Positions 18,530 through 29,198 of a stretch of DNA of 64,000 bases are shown here, piece after piece; the stretch's first letter is position 1, and each line of letters opens with the position of its first letter. The position numbers and the translations under genes are program-made. The stretch is taken from the IMG/VR virus record IMGVR_UViG_3300044632_001003, positions 1-64,000 of that record. One strand, written 5' to 3'. The notes under the pieces are model-generated. The model was not told the origin of the DNA. It did not search any database and saw only the letters and a program-made list of their open reading frames with translations.

Positions 18530-20223
18530 CACATGTAGTCCCACATGTAGGACCTATCCCCATATTCATCAACATTCCATATTTCCAAAGTTTCCTGTCT
18601 ATTTGATTTGCTTGCAATCATCCAACGATCACCAGTATCTTGATCAATAATACTTTCCATATCATCTAAACCATCTGAAAGAAATCCAAATGGTGACATA
18701 TCTTGTTCTATCTGATTTTTTTGCTCCTCATAAATTCTTTTTCTTATATCATTGTCTGTCATCTCTTTAAAATAGTCTTGAGCAACAAGCCATGCAAAAA
18801 TAACCAAACACATTGCTAAGTCATCATTGCAACCTTCTTCTGCTTCGAACGATCTATTTTTTTGTATAAATGTTGTCAATTCTGAAATAACATCATAATC
18901 ATAAATCATCAACTTATCATCTTCAATAAGAGTTTTCAAGTTGGAGCATCCTAATTTTTTAACGGATGCAGTCATTCGAACTCCCAGCTGAGATTTCTTG
19001 CCACTAAATCCCGAACCAACAATCTGTCCCGCCCTACCTCTCATAGAGCACATAAGAATGTTGTCATATTCTAAATCAAAGTGAAGAATATTTGATACTT
19101 GGTCCCCAATATCATTTACTTCAATTAAAACCCAAGAATCATTATAACCTTTTGCTACTTCATGTATGATACTTGGAAATAGCATTGGTTTGATTTCATT
19201 ATTTTTATACTTACCAACAACTCGATAAGGAAACTCTGTAATATCAAAGATTACAAATGCAGAATAGTCATTGCCAATTCCACGAGCCACATCGACAGTC
19301 ATTAAATAGTTGTGCTCTTCTATTGGTTCTTCATAGATATCAAGACCTTTATTTCTTTTTATTGGGTCATTATATACTAAAGTTTTTAACTTACTTGGAT
19401 TAACTAGAGTATCAACAGATCCTAAGAATTCACACTCGAACTCAACTTTAAACTGTTGTTCTGAGGTGTTAGCAATCGTCTGCTCTTTCCATACAGCGTC
19501 TCTACCAGGTACTTCGGACCAATGAACGTCTGTTGGCACATATTCATTTCTACCGCGTTCAGAGTCATGCCACATACGGTAGAAGTGATTCATACCGCGT
19601 GGTGTAGAAACAATAATTACCTTTGTGCTTTGTCCAGAAGAAATAGTAGGATAAACAGAGGCAAAGAAGTCATCAGCAATGTGATTCGGGATGAAAGCGA
19701 ACTCGTCAAGAAAGATGATATTATAGGATCCGCCTCGGACAGCAGATGAAGAAGTAGAGTTAGCCGAAATCTTGGAGCCATTTTCTAGTTCTAAAGATCC
19801 TTTATTCCATGATATGATACCCTGTTGCATCCATTTAGGTAAGTTTTCATAAGCAAGTTGTAATCTTTGAAGTAAGTCTCTTGCTGTAGATGCTTTGTTC
19901 GCTAGAATAGCTATATTAACATTATCGTTGAATACTGCATAATGTAACAAATATGAAACACAAGTCGTAGATTTACCCGTCTGGCGGGGCATCTTACAAA
20001 TATTAAATCTGTTCTTGTGGAAATTATCAATTAATTTTTCTTGAAACGGATACATCTTAAATGGCACAAGACCGTGATCCAGAGAAACAATTTTAATATA
20101 ATTTCTGGCAAAATAAACAGGATTTTCTTTACACTTTAAGAACTCAATAATTTGTTCTTCGGTAAATTCAATTTGTGTATTTGCTTTTTTTAGATTAGGA
20201 TTACCAAGATAAACTTCACTCAT
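18529..20223 (-). CDS. 17: Terminase large subunit gp17
   Basis: YLGNPNLK, MPRQTGKST, IFLDEFAF, TVDVARG, NDDLAM. Confidence 0.98.
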   Translation of the reverse strand: MSEVYLGNPNLKKANTQIEFTEEQIIEFLKCKENPVYFARNYIKIVSLDHGLVPFKMYPFQEKLIDNFHKNRFNICKMPRQTGKSTTCVSYLLHYAVFNDNVNIAILANKASTARDLLQRLQLAYENLPKWMQQGIISWNKGSLELENGSKISANSTSSSAVRGGSYNIIFLDEFAFIPNHIADDFFASVYPTISSGQSTKVIIVSTPRGMNHFYRMWHDSERGRNEYVPTDVHWSEVPGRDAVWKEQTIANTSEQQFKVEFECEFLGSVDTLVNPSKLKTLVYNDPIKRNKGLDIYEEPIEEHNYLMTVDVARGIGNDYSAFVIFDITEFPYRVVGKYKNNEIKPMLFPSIIHEVAKGYNDSWVLIEVNDIGDQVSNILHFDLEYDNILMCSMRGRAGQIVGSGFSGKKSQLGVRMTASVKKLGCSNLKTLIEDDKLMIYDYDVISELTTFIQKNRSFEAEEGCNDDLAMCLVIFAWLVAQDYFKEMTDNDIRKRIYEEQKNQIEQDMSPFGFLSDGLDDMESIIDQDTGDRWMIASKSNRQETLEIWNVDEYGDRSYMWDYM

Positions 20224-20226
20224 AAT

Positions 20227-21657
20227 TTAGTAAATCTCCCTCCACTGAAGAGCAGCAGCAACGCTAGCAGTGGCATTACCAGTAGTAGTGATGGTTCTTA
20301 CAACAAGCACATAAATTTCAGAGTTTGATGAATCTATATTTTGAACAATAATATTTTTCTTTGCCTGACTTAACGTACCAGAAGCAACTGGTGAAAGTGA
20401 GTTTTGTGATGCACCAGAAGGAACATAACCAGATGCAAAAACATCACCATTATTGTAAGTTGTTGCATTAATACAAAACTCAACACCACTATTATCAGAA
20501 GCAGAAGTCCAAGTTAAAGTTCCCGCATTACTCAAATAAGCAGAACTTGGAAGTTTTATAACTTTATAAACAATACTATTTGTTTCACAGAATAATGAAA
20601 TATTATTCAATTTAACTGATATTCTATTTGGATATCCCTGAAAAATATTTTTGAGACGAATGGCAACCAAAGGAAGTTCTGTTCCTGCTGGTGTTGGTGT
20701 GGTTCTTGTAGCAGTCATTGTATAAGCAAAGTCAATACCACTTTCTACATATCCACCTTCTGACATTACAGAAGAACAAATCTGATCAAATGATGCTCCA
20801 ATACCTACACCAGTATTTCGGAGTTCGCAACGAACTGGTAGGTTTGGATTTGCAATATAAACTGTGCTCTGATAGTTGGAATGGTTGAATTCGTGTGCGG
20901 TGATGAGTTGTCCATTATGAGCAAATCCACAACGAACTCTACCAACACCTAACCACTGAAAATCTATAAATGCAAGTTGAGTTTTTGTAATATCTAAATT
21001 GAACCCAGAAGTTCCCGTTCCATCACATTTATCTCTGTTCCATTGTGATTGTGGAATCCTGGTTTCGGTTGCAATACCACTTACAAAAGTTCTGATTACC
21101 CAATTGTTTGTTCCAATACCAGTATTTATTCCATCAGAAGTATTAAGACCCACCTGTTCAAAATAAATTCCGTCTCTATCATCAAAATATCCAGTTCTTT
21201 TAGTTGCATTTCGTTGAGGAGCATAGAAGTTAAAAGAACTAAAAATTAGTTGTCCTTTTCCTGGTTGATAGTGATGATAAAACTTCGTTTGATGAACACT
21301 AAATGCAGTTGTTCCAATACCAGTTTGTAATCTTGCACACGCTTGGTTTTGCAAAAATGATACTGTTGAACCTGCACCAGAAACACTATCCAAAAAGTTT
21401 GGGTCAATAGCATATAAGTGCTTGTAGTCGCCAAGAGTAAATGGTTCAGAAACTCTACTCCTACCAAATGCATCAACAGCATTTGTATCTGGGTTGATAG
21501 TAATAAGAGTATCTGATGAAATTCCAACAGTTCCAGTAACTGGAAATGGGTTGTCAAGTGTAACTACCTCGCCATTTTTATTGGCGATCATATTAACTTC
21601 AAAAAGAGTTCTCTCTTGATTTAAAAAATCTTGAGTACTTTTATTAAATTGTGCCAT
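20227..21657 (-). CDS. Beta-rich probable virion protein
   Basis: ORF track; G/T/S/N-rich composition; lies between genes 16 and 17. Confidence 0.7.
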   Translation of the reverse strand: MAQFNKSTQDFLNQERTLFEVNMIANKNGEVVTLDNPFPVTGTVGISSDTLITINPDTNAVDAFGRSRVSEPFTLGDYKHLYAIDPNFLDSVSGAGSTVSFLQNQACARLQTGIGTTAFSVHQTKFYHHYQPGKGQLIFSSFNFYAPQRNATKRTGYFDDRDGIYFEQVGLNTSDGINTGIGTNNWVIRTFVSGIATETRIPQSQWNRDKCDGTGTSGFNLDITKTQLAFIDFQWLGVGRVRCGFAHNGQLITAHEFNHSNYQSTVYIANPNLPVRCELRNTGVGIGASFDQICSSVMSEGGYVESGIDFAYTMTATRTTPTPAGTELPLVAIRLKNIFQGYPNRISVKLNNISLFCETNSIVYKVIKLPSSAYLSNAGTLTWTSASDNSGVEFCINATTYNNGDVFASGYVPSGASQNSLSPVASGTLSQAKKNIIVQNIDSSNSEIYVLVVRTITTTGNATASVAAALQWREIY

Positions 21658-21660
21658 AAA

Positions 21661-21969
21661 TCACTGACCCCAAGACAATCTCTCTGGTTGATATCTTTGT
21701 GCGTTTTTAATTCTTGAAGTATTTACCTGATTTGGATAAACGTTATGAACGATTGCTCCAGGATATTCTCCTTGGATTTGTTCTGCAAGTTCATTTTTGG
21801 GAAGCATCTTGCCTTCCACTTCCAAACGATACATCTTCCCTTCCCAAACAACGTCGGCAAAGAAAGACTCGGTTGCTTGTTCTGGTTGAGAGGAACCTAC
21901 ATTTAGAGTTCCATTGAAATCACCATTGATAGTGATACTTTCTGAAATAAATTGTTGAAAAGATTTCAT
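21661..21969 (-). CDS. Hypothetical protein with N-terminal capsid-targeting-like sequence
   Basis: Starts MKSFQQFISE, resembling the T4 IPIII CTS MKTYQEFIAE. Confidence 0.7.
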   Translation of the reverse strand: MKSFQQFISESITINGDFNGTLNVGSSQPEQATESFFADVVWEGKMYRLEVEGKMLPKNELAEQIQGEYPGAIVHNVYPNQVNTSRIKNAQRYQPERLSWGQ

Positions 21970-21970
21970 T

Positions 21971-24019
21971 TTAGTTACAGTTCCAACGACGTAGTGCTTT
22001 GTTAATTCTTGAATCTGGGTCTCTTGCAGTTTTTGCAGAAGTCAGTTTTGATTTCATGCCTTTCATTCGACGGCAGAAGTTAGCACGGCGTTTCGCTCTT
22101 TTACCTTTTGGTTTCTTCTCAGTTACTGCAGTCTGAAGTTTTGAACCAGGATTCTCACGACGATAAGCATCTACTGCTGCTTGACTCAATCCATCAGTTT
22201 TATCCTGACGATTGACTTTCTGCCAATCTTCCATAAACTGTTGGAAGGTTTTTAAGTCTGGTTCATAATGTGCAACCTGCATCTCTTTTTTAGGTTCTTT
22301 TTTAGCAAGTGGTGAATTGATTCCTTGTCTAATCTGTTGATATTTTTGATCTATTTTTCCAGCAGCACCAGGATTCCCTTGCTTCAGTCTATCAACATCT
22401 TGTGGAGTCATTCCACCCATACCTGTTGTCTTTTTACCACCAATTTCAAAACTAGGACCTTCACCAAGTAAGTCACTACCAATACCTTTAGTTGGTTTTA
22501 ATGGTTCTGGTTTGATGATATCAATAAACTCTGCGTAATGATTTCCATTAGCATCTTCAATAGATACGCTCTCCTTATTCATTTCACCACTATCAACATA
22601 ATCTGCTGCAGTGTCGATGTAATCAGCTGCTTTTGTAATCTTTGACTGAACCCATGCTTCTATCTCACCTTCACCTTTCTTCATTTTTTTCTTAAGTCTA
22701 TTTGCAGCCTTAATGATTGTTGAAAGTTCTGAACGAGCCATTGAATACTCGTGGTCATAGGCTTCATTAGCAGGATGGACCGTTGCAATATTAAATTTTT
22801 CTTGATTTGATGGTTCGTATGGTATTGAAAACATGGACCAATATTTTGGACCATATCTGCACTCACGCATCTTTTCCATTTTTTTGCACTTTGGACAATA
22901 TCTCATTTCATTTTCAAAAATTGGACCATCCCAATCATATGCAAGTGCATTAGTACTCTCTGATTTTGTTCCCCAGTTATCAGCACCTTTTTTGCGGCAT
23001 TGAACAAGTGCTCCAGATGCATATGCACTTGGCCAAACCTTAAATCTTGCTTTTACTTTGTGATAACAGGCATCTTTGTTACCACTACCTTTGCCTGGTT
23101 TATCTTTCGATGCTTCGTTGAGTTCCATTGCTTCTTTGATTCCTGGTTCTGCTTTGACGTAATTTTTATCTTTTTTGCCTTTAGCAAAAGTTGGAACATT
23201 TGTTGGTTTTGCTGCTCCAGATTTTTGTTGCTGCCCCTTATCTTTTTGACGCTTACGGCGAATTGCTGATCTAATTAACGCTTCACCTTTTTTACCTTTT
23301 TTCTTTAAAGACTTTAATCTTCCGCTACTAAAACATTTAGGAGTTTTAGTTTCACCTGGTTCATTTGCACATGGAGAACCATCTGCCTGAACCCATCCTG
23401 GTTTTCCACTTTTAGATTTGGAACCTTTAAACCAATGGTGAAGGGTTCCTTCATTAATCCAATCATCTGGAGTTTTTTGATGCTTATCAACAAATGCATT
23501 ATGCAATTGTTTAGCAGTCATATCATGCTTTTTCATAATTTTTCTCATGAGACCATCAATAGAATCATAAGAAGTATCATCTAATTTTTTTAATCCTGAT
23601 TCGAGTTCTTCAACAGCATCATCCTCACAACCACAATGCTCCTTTACATCTTTAAATTTCTTATGATGTTTTTTAGCATCTGCCTCCATTTTTTTCAAAC
23701 GAGTATAATAATCTGGAATTTCATCTAGATGCTGAAGAGCAATATCTGTTGCAAGATCTTTATCCTTTGTGTGTTCATGCTCGATTGGAATTCCCATTTC
23801 AAGTTGCTTTTTTATAAAAGAAACTTCAAGGCGATGTTTCTTTGCAATTTGTTCAACTGTCTTATGGGACTTTACTTCGTGCATTTCATTGAATGGAGAT
23901 TCGGATTTAGTCTCTTCACCACGTTGTCTTTTTTTACGAGCAGCACAATGAGCCTTTTGAGAAAATCCACTAGGATTATCACAATTTATTGATCTTTTAT
24001 ATTTGTCAGACCAACTCAT
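21971..24019 (-). CDS. Modular basic protein, probable internal head (poly)protein
   Basis: Distinct modules: EHEHTKDKDLATDIALQHLDEIPDYY, WVQADGSPC, DACYHKVK...WPSAYASG, NPGSKLQTAV...ALRRWNC; late-like promoter CTAAATA at 24049-24043. Confidence 0.75.
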   Translation of the reverse strand: MSWSDKYKRSINCDNPSGFSQKAHCAARKKRQRGEETKSESPFNEMHEVKSHKTVEQIAKKHRLEVSFIKKQLEMGIPIEHEHTKDKDLATDIALQHLDEIPDYYTRLKKMEADAKKHHKKFKDVKEHCGCEDDAVEELESGLKKLDDTSYDSIDGLMRKIMKKHDMTAKQLHNAFVDKHQKTPDDWINEGTLHHWFKGSKSKSGKPGWVQADGSPCANEPGETKTPKCFSSGRLKSLKKKGKKGEALIRSAIRRKRQKDKGQQQKSGAAKPTNVPTFAKGKKDKNYVKAEPGIKEAMELNEASKDKPGKGSGNKDACYHKVKARFKVWPSAYASGALVQCRKKGADNWGTKSESTNALAYDWDGPIFENEMRYCPKCKKMEKMRECRYGPKYWSMFSIPYEPSNQEKFNIATVHPANEAYDHEYSMARSELSTIIKAANRLKKKMKKGEGEIEAWVQSKITKAADYIDTAADYVDSGEMNKESVSIEDANGNHYAEFIDIIKPEPLKPTKGIGSDLLGEGPSFEIGGKKTTGMGGMTPQDVDRLKQGNPGAAGKIDQKYQQIRQGINSPLAKKEPKKEMQVAHYEPDLKTFQQFMEDWQKVNRQDKTDGLSQAAVDAYRRENPGSKLQTAVTEKKPKGKRAKRRANFCRRMKGMKSKLTSAKTARDPDSRINKALRRWNCN

Positions 24020-24031
24020 TGAAAAAACACA

Positions 24032-24445
24032 TTACTCTTTATTATTTAGAAAACCTTGTTTAAGTAGTTTTGACAAATCGGCAGTTGATCCAACAAATAG
24101 TGCATTATTGTTAGTAACATTTGTTGTTTTAACCTTATCTTCTTCTACTTCCTTAAGTTTCTTTTGAAGGTCAATCAACTTATCAGTTGTATCAGCAACA
24201 CTTTTAATGAGTTGTCCAGCAACTTCATATGCCCTAGGACTACCACCTTCTCCCGCAAGCTCCATAATGCCATTGATGGCCTCTTGACCTTTTTCAATCA
24301 AAGAATACAAATTGGCACGAGTATATTCATAATCTTTTTTAATATCATCTTTATTTCCACCAACAATTTCAACATCTGTTGGTTGTTTTTCAACGATGCT
24401 AGAATCTGTATTAAAGGTCAAATCTAAATTTTCATATCCAGGCAT
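24032..24445 (-). CDS. 16: Terminase small subunit gp16
   Basis: DYEYTRANLY, SPRAYEVAGQL, NNALFVGSTADL. Confidence 0.92.
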   Translation of the reverse strand: MPGYENLDLTFNTDSSIVEKQPTDVEIVGGNKDDIKKDYEYTRANLYSLIEKGQEAINGIMELAGEGGSPRAYEVAGQLIKSVADTTDKLIDLQKKLKEVEEDKVKTTNVTNNNALFVGSTADLSKLLKQGFLNNKE

Positions 24446-24451
24446 GATATT

Positions 24452-25297
24452 TTATACATCTCCACCTTGAACAATATTGTATCTTCTAGAGTCTGTAAAG
24501 AATTCCGTTGTCTCTGAGAATCCAAAGTCATCATCTGGTCCAAGAAGTGCATCATCAATTTGTGTTATGACTCCATCATTGTTCAGATCTTCAAGTGCCT
24601 TTGGAGTGACAGTATATCTCATTTCCCTCTTAGCAGAGGTTGTATTTGTACCACTATATGTATCAACTTGAACTTTTCTGATAAGACCGTCTGTTGTATC
24701 GGAAATGGCACCAAACAGATATGTTTTAACAGTAAATGATAGTGTATAAATTAAAGCTCTTCTTGTACTGAAATCACCTTCATAATCATCTGTAAATGAA
24801 ACATTATTCAGAATGATTGGCATATCTCTTTTTTCTCCAATTGAATCCACTAAGTCAATTGTTAGATTCAATGCTGGTTGAAAGCATGGTAAAATTTGCT
24901 CAACGATTTGAAGAGCATCATCATTTAGTTTGCAATAAATTGATAAATCGAATCCAATATTATATGGAACTGGCATAAAAACTTTCTTCAAATTAGTTCC
25001 ATCAGAAGCTTTAAATGATTGGGTTACGCCTGCTTTTCTACTTGCATCATAACTTAGAGAAACCATTTCAAATGACATTCTTGGTAGAGTCATTGCAATT
25101 GGTTTATTCAATTCCGATTGCTCAGTCAATCTAGCAAGAAACTTTTGTCTAGGACCATATGATAAAGGAACTCTAAGTTCATCAACTACATTAACATCAT
25201 TTTTATCATAATGCCTAATGTAAATTTGATTAAACAGGGTTCCAAATCCTATAATAGTTTTTCTAATAATTTCGTGATAATAGTAAGTACCTAACAT
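24452..25297 (-). CDS. 15: Tail sheath stabiliser/completion gp15
   Basis: YYYHEIIRKTIIGFGTLFN, VPLSYGPRQKFL, LPRMSFE, EQILPCFQP. Confidence 0.95.
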   Translation of the reverse strand: MLGTYYYHEIIRKTIIGFGTLFNQIYIRHYDKNDVNVVDELRVPLSYGPRQKFLARLTEQSELNKPIAMTLPRMSFEMVSLSYDASRKAGVTQSFKASDGTNLKKVFMPVPYNIGFDLSIYCKLNDDALQIVEQILPCFQPALNLTIDLVDSIGEKRDMPIILNNVSFTDDYEGDFSTRRALIYTLSFTVKTYLFGAISDTTDGLIRKVQVDTYSGTNTTSAKREMRYTVTPKALEDLNNDGVITQIDDALLGPDDDFGFSETTEFFTDSRRYNIVQGGDV

Positions 25298-28200
25298 TAG
25301 TAATTTCCAAATGGATTCGATTCTGAGAAGTCTATAATTTGATCTGCTTCAAATTCAATTTCATCATTTTCTTCATAGTCATCTAAGTTTCTCAATGAAG
25401 CTGCAGCAGGAACTTCGCTGAGAGTTAAATATTCATCAACAACATATATAGCCGATGAAGCGGCGCCAACTAAAAGTTCGCCAGGAACAAACTTGCCATT
25501 TTCAATAGAAATCTGAATAATCCTATCATCAGCATCCCAACGCTTAACCCTTGCAGTGGTGCTTGAAATTGATCCAGTCACAACTTCATTAAACCAATAC
25601 GTACCAACTCCAATGATTACTGGAGGTGATCCAATCGTAACCGTTGGTGGTGATTGATATCCAGAACCTGGGTCATCAATCAAGATATAATCAATTTCAT
25701 TAGTAACAGAATTCAATACCGCTCTTCCTCTTGCAGTTGTAAATCCAGCGGTAAAGTCTCTATCTGTTACAGTATTTGCAATGCTTACCGTAGGAGCAAC
25801 TGTGTATCCAATACCTGGTTTTGTGATGACAACAGAAGTTATAGTGCCACTGACTCCAACAACGCCATAACCTTCTGGAATTTGTCCAAGAGGTCCAGAA
25901 ATAGTTACTGAAGGTGTTGCCGTATATCCAAGACCAGGATTTGTTATTAAAATCTGATTCAGTCTTCCTGAAGATCTTAGGTTTGCAATAGCAGTTGCTC
26001 TAAAGTTTGAACCAACTCCAGTTGGACCAGATACAGTTACATTTGGATTGGTTAGGTATCCATATCCACCATAAGTTAGAGTTACTGAAGTAAGAACTCC
26101 AGACGTGACGCTTGCTATTCCAGTTGCTCTGAAATCTGAAGGTGTTCCTGTTGGCGCTTCAATTGCAGCAGAAACAATTGATGTTACAATACCAGAAAGA
26201 GTAGTACTATTATTATCTAGAGATATTACTCTTCCGTTTGATATTGAGCATCCAATACTAATTGAATTCAATGTTCCAATACTATTTTCAAAATCATCAA
26301 ATAATACTGTATTGGAGTTTGGAACTGGAGTGGATGTTGGAACTGCAGATGTTCCTGTCGAAACCTTTGTCCCAAAAATATCGTCCAATAAAATTCCACT
26401 ATTTGTAGAATTTTTAATAACGGGTGGAGTTATATCTGCATTTGTTACCAGTTCAATAACAGTTACTGTTGGGAATGAGTATCCGCTAGTATCTGTTCCA
26501 TCAACGGTAAGTGTAACTGTCTGTACTGGAGGTGGATCATAGTCAGATGATAAGTATAGATAATGCCAAGTATCGTCAAGAGCATAGACATTTGAAGTTA
26601 ATGATATTGTTCCGATACCAACTTCAAAATATCCTGAAGAATTAACTCTCATATCAACATTGTTAGCATACCCACCATTGGATAATCTGTTCAGTTCTAT
26701 GAAAGTTGAAACACCTGATAATGTAGATGGAACTTTAACAAACATTTGAATAGAACCAGTTATTCCAATAGAGACGACACCTGCTCCAGAAATTGCTGGT
26801 CTAGTAATATTTCTATTCGGTTCTGTTGAAATTATTTTCCAAGAATTTGAACCAAATTTTGGTTGATTGACAAATCCAGGACTTAATACTAAGAAATCAA
26901 TATTTAATGATGGCTCAGTTGTATAGTACCTACCTGAGCTCAATAGTGAATATGAAATTGTAGATATACCACCAGATGAGACTAGTGAAGAAGATACTCT
27001 GGCAGTTGATGCTATACCTGTAGGGTTATCAAAGGTTAATGTTGGATTTGTGATGTAGAATTGTCCAGAAGATGCTATCGAAATGCTAGAGACAGTCTCT
27101 CCATAAACTAGCCCACCAACTGCGATAACTGTTGCAGTTGATCCAACTCCTGTTGGACTATCAATTGTAATAGTTGGAGCCTGACTATATCCTATACCAA
27201 TATTTGCAATATTAAATGAGGATAACTGCTCATTTTGAATATTTGCAGTGGCAATTGCCGTTACAAAACCAATTGGATTTGGGGGACTAAAAGTAACTCC
27301 TATACTTAGTTTTGGAGAGTAACTAGAACCACCATTATTAATTACTACTCTATCTAACGCTGTGTCTGCTATAACTGCGGTTCCTGCTGCACCAATAAAT
27401 GTGGGACCAGAGAAAGTAACACTTGGTGATGTGGTGTATCCTTGCCCACCAGAAGTTACAGGCACAAAAGATACCCCCTTTCGATAAACATCTATAGAGC
27501 AAGTTGCTGCCGCACCCGTACCACCTCCACCGCTAATTGTTATAGTAGGTATTGAAGTATATCCCCAACCAGCGTCTTTTAATACAATTTCTTTGATTGA
27601 ACGGACTCCAGCAACTGAAGTTGTAATTGCAACTGCTTGTGCAGTTCTTCCGAATGCAGGAGCATTAGAAAATGTTACAGTTGGAGTCGATGTATATCCA
27701 TATCCATCATTATTCAAATAGATTTTTCTAACATAATTGCTGTTTATATCTGCACCAAGAACTGCTGTTTGACCATAACCCACTAATCTGAGTGATAGAA
27801 TTTCTCCTTGATTTGCGATTACAGCATCTACATCTTCATTACCAGTATCAAAGACTTCATTCTCATATTCAAAGAGTTCGCATGATAACTCATACACATA
27901 ACCTTTTCCAAGTTGATAAAATGGTTTTTCATGCTCAACAAATTTAACTTCAAATAATCTTTGACCAAGTGGAAAATAAATTACATCACCTTCTCTAGGT
28001 CTTAAAGCTACTTCTACTTCATATGCATCTTCTTCCTGTAAAAATGGACTAATAAATTCTTCAAATCTTTCTCTTGAAATAACTAAATTCAATTCATCCT
28101 TTAAACTCATCCCAAATTTAGTTAAAATATCTCCAGCACCAGTATATCCCTCATAATTATTTACATATGCTTCTAGTAAATAAGAATCATCGAATTTTGA

Positions 28201-28356
28201 AGTTTGAACTTCTTCGATAATTGTTTTTTTATTAACAAAAAATCTAGGAACATATACAACTTCAACACCATACATTCTTAACTGTTCATTGATTAAATCC
28301 TGAACAAGTCTTTGTTCAGCAGCGGATCCTTGTAAGAAAAAGGGATTTAATGCCAT
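25297..28356 (-). CDS. 14: Neck protein gp14 with large internal expansion
   Basis: N-terminal gp14 core (GDILTKFG, RPREGDVIYFP, YELSCELFEY), repeated GxGY..PTVT modules, C-terminal FSESNPFG. Confidence 0.9.
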   Translation of the reverse strand: MALNPFFLQGSAAEQRLVQDLINEQLRMYGVEVVYVPRFFVNKKTIIEEVQTSKFDDSYLLEAYVNNYEGYTGAGDILTKFGMSLKDELNLVISRERFEEFISPFLQEEDAYEVEVALRPREGDVIYFPLGQRLFEVKFVEHEKPFYQLGKGYVYELSCELFEYENEVFDTGNEDVDAVIANQGEILSLRLVGYGQTAVLGADINSNYVRKIYLNNDGYGYTSTPTVTFSNAPAFGRTAQAVAITTSVAGVRSIKEIVLKDAGWGYTSIPTITISGGGGTGAAATCSIDVYRKGVSFVPVTSGGQGYTTSPSVTFSGPTFIGAAGTAVIADTALDRVVINNGGSSYSPKLSIGVTFSPPNPIGFVTAIATANIQNEQLSSFNIANIGIGYSQAPTITIDSPTGVGSTATVIAVGGLVYGETVSSISIASSGQFYITNPTLTFDNPTGIASTARVSSSLVSSGGISTISYSLLSSGRYYTTEPSLNIDFLVLSPGFVNQPKFGSNSWKIISTEPNRNITRPAISGAGVVSIGITGSIQMFVKVPSTLSGVSTFIELNRLSNGGYANNVDMRVNSSGYFEVGIGTISLTSNVYALDDTWHYLYLSSDYDPPPVQTVTLTVDGTDTSGYSFPTVTVIELVTNADITPPVIKNSTNSGILLDDIFGTKVSTGTSAVPTSTPVPNSNTVLFDDFENSIGTLNSISIGCSISNGRVISLDNNSTTLSGIVTSIVSAAIEAPTGTPSDFRATGIASVTSGVLTSVTLTYGGYGYLTNPNVTVSGPTGVGSNFRATAIANLRSSGRLNQILITNPGLGYTATPSVTISGPLGQIPEGYGVVGVSGTITSVVITKPGIGYTVAPTVSIANTVTDRDFTAGFTTARGRAVLNSVTNEIDYILIDDPGSGYQSPPTVTIGSPPVIIGVGTYWFNEVVTGSISSTTARVKRWDADDRIIQISIENGKFVPGELLVGAASSAIYVVDEYLTLSEVPAAASLRNLDDYEENDEIEFEADQIIDFSESNPFGNY

Positions 28357-29198
28357 TATCCAATAAAGTCGTAAGGTGGAAGTTCGTAATCCATTGACAT
28401 TCTCTTTGTTATTTCATCAATTTCTCTTTCTGCATCTTCATAAATCTCTCTACCATTTAATTCAATTCCACCAGGTAACTTAACGCCACGGAACTTGATT
28501 AGATTTTGTCCCCATTGTCTTTTGATCAATGCAGTTAAGTATCTTTTAACAAAACTATCATTATATACTTTAGAAAAATCTGTTGGGTCAAGTGCTCTAT
28601 AACAATCCATAACTAACCAAGTATCAACTGTTTTTGCCCCCCAATCAATATCTAAATATAATCTATTTTGCCTTTTATTAAATCTTATTTGCTTATCTGT
28701 TGAAAGTAAAAAATCAATATCTTCTAGATATGTTTTTACCATTGCATACTGTAAGAGTTCAACTGAATTAAAGTAGTATAAATCATTCAAGAATAGTTGA
28801 TACTTAATACTCCACATTCCAGATGAAACGGAACTCGTATCAAACTTATATATTTTTTCAATCCCAATTACAGAGTCTGGAACTTGAATATAGTTTGAAT
28901 TTTCGTAAAAGTTAAAAGATGTGGATCCATAACCCGTAATTGTAGAACTCGCAGTTGTAGTTACAATTCCAACACCATTGTCATTTTTTGCTCTTCCTCT
29001 ATCAATATCCGCTTGCGTTATCTTGTACTTTAAGTACATTCTTTCAACACCATCAAAATGACGCTCATTAAAAAATTGAATTGCATCATCAACCAGATCA
29101 TCAATCTGATCATCATCTACGTTTATTTCTAAAACAGGAGCTCCTAATTTTCTTAAACAATAGTCAATCAATTGTTGGCGTGTTGATGGTTTTGCCAT
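28356..29198 (-). CDS. 13: Neck protein gp13
   Basis: LIDYCLRKLGAPVLEINVDDDQI, ALIKRQWGQNLIKF. Confidence 0.95.
   Translation of the reverse strand: MAKPSTRQQLIDYCLRKLGAPVLEINVDDDQIDDLVDDAIQFFNERHFDGVERMYLKYKITQADIDRGRAKNDNGVGIVTTTASSTITGYGSTSFNFYENSNYIQVPDSVIGIEKIYKFDTSSVSSGMWSIKYQLFLNDLYYFNSVELLQYAMVKTYLEDIDFLLSTDKQIRFNKRQNRLYLDIDWGAKTVDTWLVMDCYRALDPTDFSKVYNDSFVKRYLTALIKRQWGQNLIKFRGVKLPGGIELNGREIYEDAEREIDEITKRMSMDYELPPYDFIG

Noticed and set aside
7418-20223. Introns or inteins in uvsW, 23, 20 and 17
   Set aside because: Lengths are normal, frames are uninterrupted, and I saw no intein or homing-endonuclease motifs.
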